A stretch of 64,000 bases of DNA from Sarea resinae (Eukaryota), in the NCBI GenBank assembly GCA_026026165.1, contig JAPEUD010000001.1:682001-746000 (forward strand). Direction: 5' to 3'. Of the stretch, positions 62,767-64,000 are shown in pieces; the first letter of the stretch is position 1, and each line of letters starts with the position of its first letter. Under the pieces are notes generated by a model, which worked only from the letters and a program-made list of their open reading frames with translations, made no database searches and was not told where the DNA came from. The position numbers and the translations under genes were made by a program.

Positions 62767-63759
62767 TCTTCCAACACTTTGATTGATGCGCCGAAGTATG
62801 GCCGGGGCCGTGGATCAGATGTGATGTACGGCAGCCGCAGCATGGACTGCAGTTCAGCTCCAGATCAATTTGATCGAACAGGAGTGCAAGGAGTGGAAGG
62901 CGTGGAAGGCGTGGAACAAGATGGAGTACCATGTAGTACTCGTAGTCCTCGTACTGCCCTCGACCCCGTACGACGTAAGGTACGAGGTCCAGGATGGCCG
63001 GTGCATCGCTAGAATCATCTCAGCCGATGCGCTATATCCAGCCCATCACTCAGCATCATCCCACGCTCTAACCACGCTCTAAATGTCTCTCTCCACACTT
63101 TCTGGACTGGACTTGCTCGGAACAGAGATACCAGATGCGAAGTGCTCGCGACCTCGGTTCGGCGCGGTCGAGACCTCGGAGTCGAGGTTGTCGAGACCTC
63201 TGCGGGTCGTACTTCTCCGCCAGAAGATTCGATCGACGGCCTTGTTCGTCCCAACCGTCCAGGCGAAACGGCTAAGGCTGCTAAGACTTTGCTTTTCTGT
63301 CTTCCTTATTCCCACCGTCCCATTCTCCTGATCCCCTCCAATCCCCAATCCCCCATCACGTCCGGCCTTCCGGCTTGACCTGCCTCCTTTAATCTCTTGG
63401 CCGCCGCGTTCTCGAATAGATATCCCACGAATAATCCCCCCTCAAAGGTGACGGAGGGCCCTCCTATTCGATGATGATGAGTATCTGATCATTCGTGTCC
63501 CTGGTCTGGCAGGTCGCAATATCTCCCCACGCCGGCGTGGTGGCCCATCTAGACCTGGCGTGCCGAAAAGAGGGACAGCCCATCGCCAATTACGACGTGC
63601 GCTTTGAATGTTCCATGGCTTATGCCTTACCGGACCATCCGTGCTCACTCTTAGTGTGGGGTCCAGTTGTGATCAGTTTTGTAACTCTCTGACGCATGGC
63701 TCCAAGGCCCGGCCCTACGTATGAGGCTACTCTCTCAGGCCGGTCCCAGCAGACATTTC

Positions 63760-64000
63760 CTCCTTCCCCGGCTCACCGACAGTTTCGTCTTTTTTTCCTA
63801 ATTTACATTGTTTTTCTTATCCGTCTTGGCCATCGTTTTCTACATATACGATGCTTCGTCATCTTCTGACTCGAAATCATCCATCATTGTCAATTAATCT
63901 CCTTCTCATATATAATCCGACGGAAGCGAATATAAACGCGCAGGCAAACAAATCCATCAGTTCTTAAGCCTTACTTTTTCTACCACCTACCTCATCTAGC
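63760..64000 (+). promoter_or_regulatory. Probable core promoter or 5' leader of a gene starting beyond the window
   Basis: Pyrimidine-rich tract with TATA-like words (TATATAA at about 63909, TATAAA at 63931), at the end of about 4 kb with no recognisable gene. Confidence 0.3.

Overview
This is eukaryotic DNA from a filamentous ascomycete (Pezizomycotina), with short GT-AG introns and CTAAC/CTGAC branch sites. I can support 18 protein-coding genes. In order: the 3' end of an ammonium transporter, a Tat-SF1/Cus2 splicing factor, an HbxA-type homeobox TF, a HAD glycerol-3-phosphatase, the Nug1 GTPase, Clf1 and Prp31 (head-to-head), a kelch-like single-pass membrane protein, a BED-like finger + Zn2Cys6 TF, DNA polymerase lambda/Pol4, Rpl35, a SAM-type mitochondrial carrier, an RS-rich DUF3824-like protein, Nup120/160, two hypothetical proteins, Rad51 and Vps26. 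The intergenic DNA is very rich in microsatellites. I found no tRNA, rRNA, CRISPR array or intact transposon. The main anomalies are: (1) an in-frame TAA between the BRCT and catalytic domains of Pol lambda; (2) a receptor-like membrane protein with no signal peptide; (3) a recurring intergenic 9-mer, TACTCCGTA; (4) a NAGNAG acceptor whose alternative use creates a stop codon; (5) a TpA-rich, RIP-like island; (6) GC3 and low-complexity sequence rising towards convergent 3' ends; (7) a 67-nt poly-G run. I cannot support a wholly new multi-gene system here. Exon boundaries were read by eye, and family calls come from motif recognition, not database searches.
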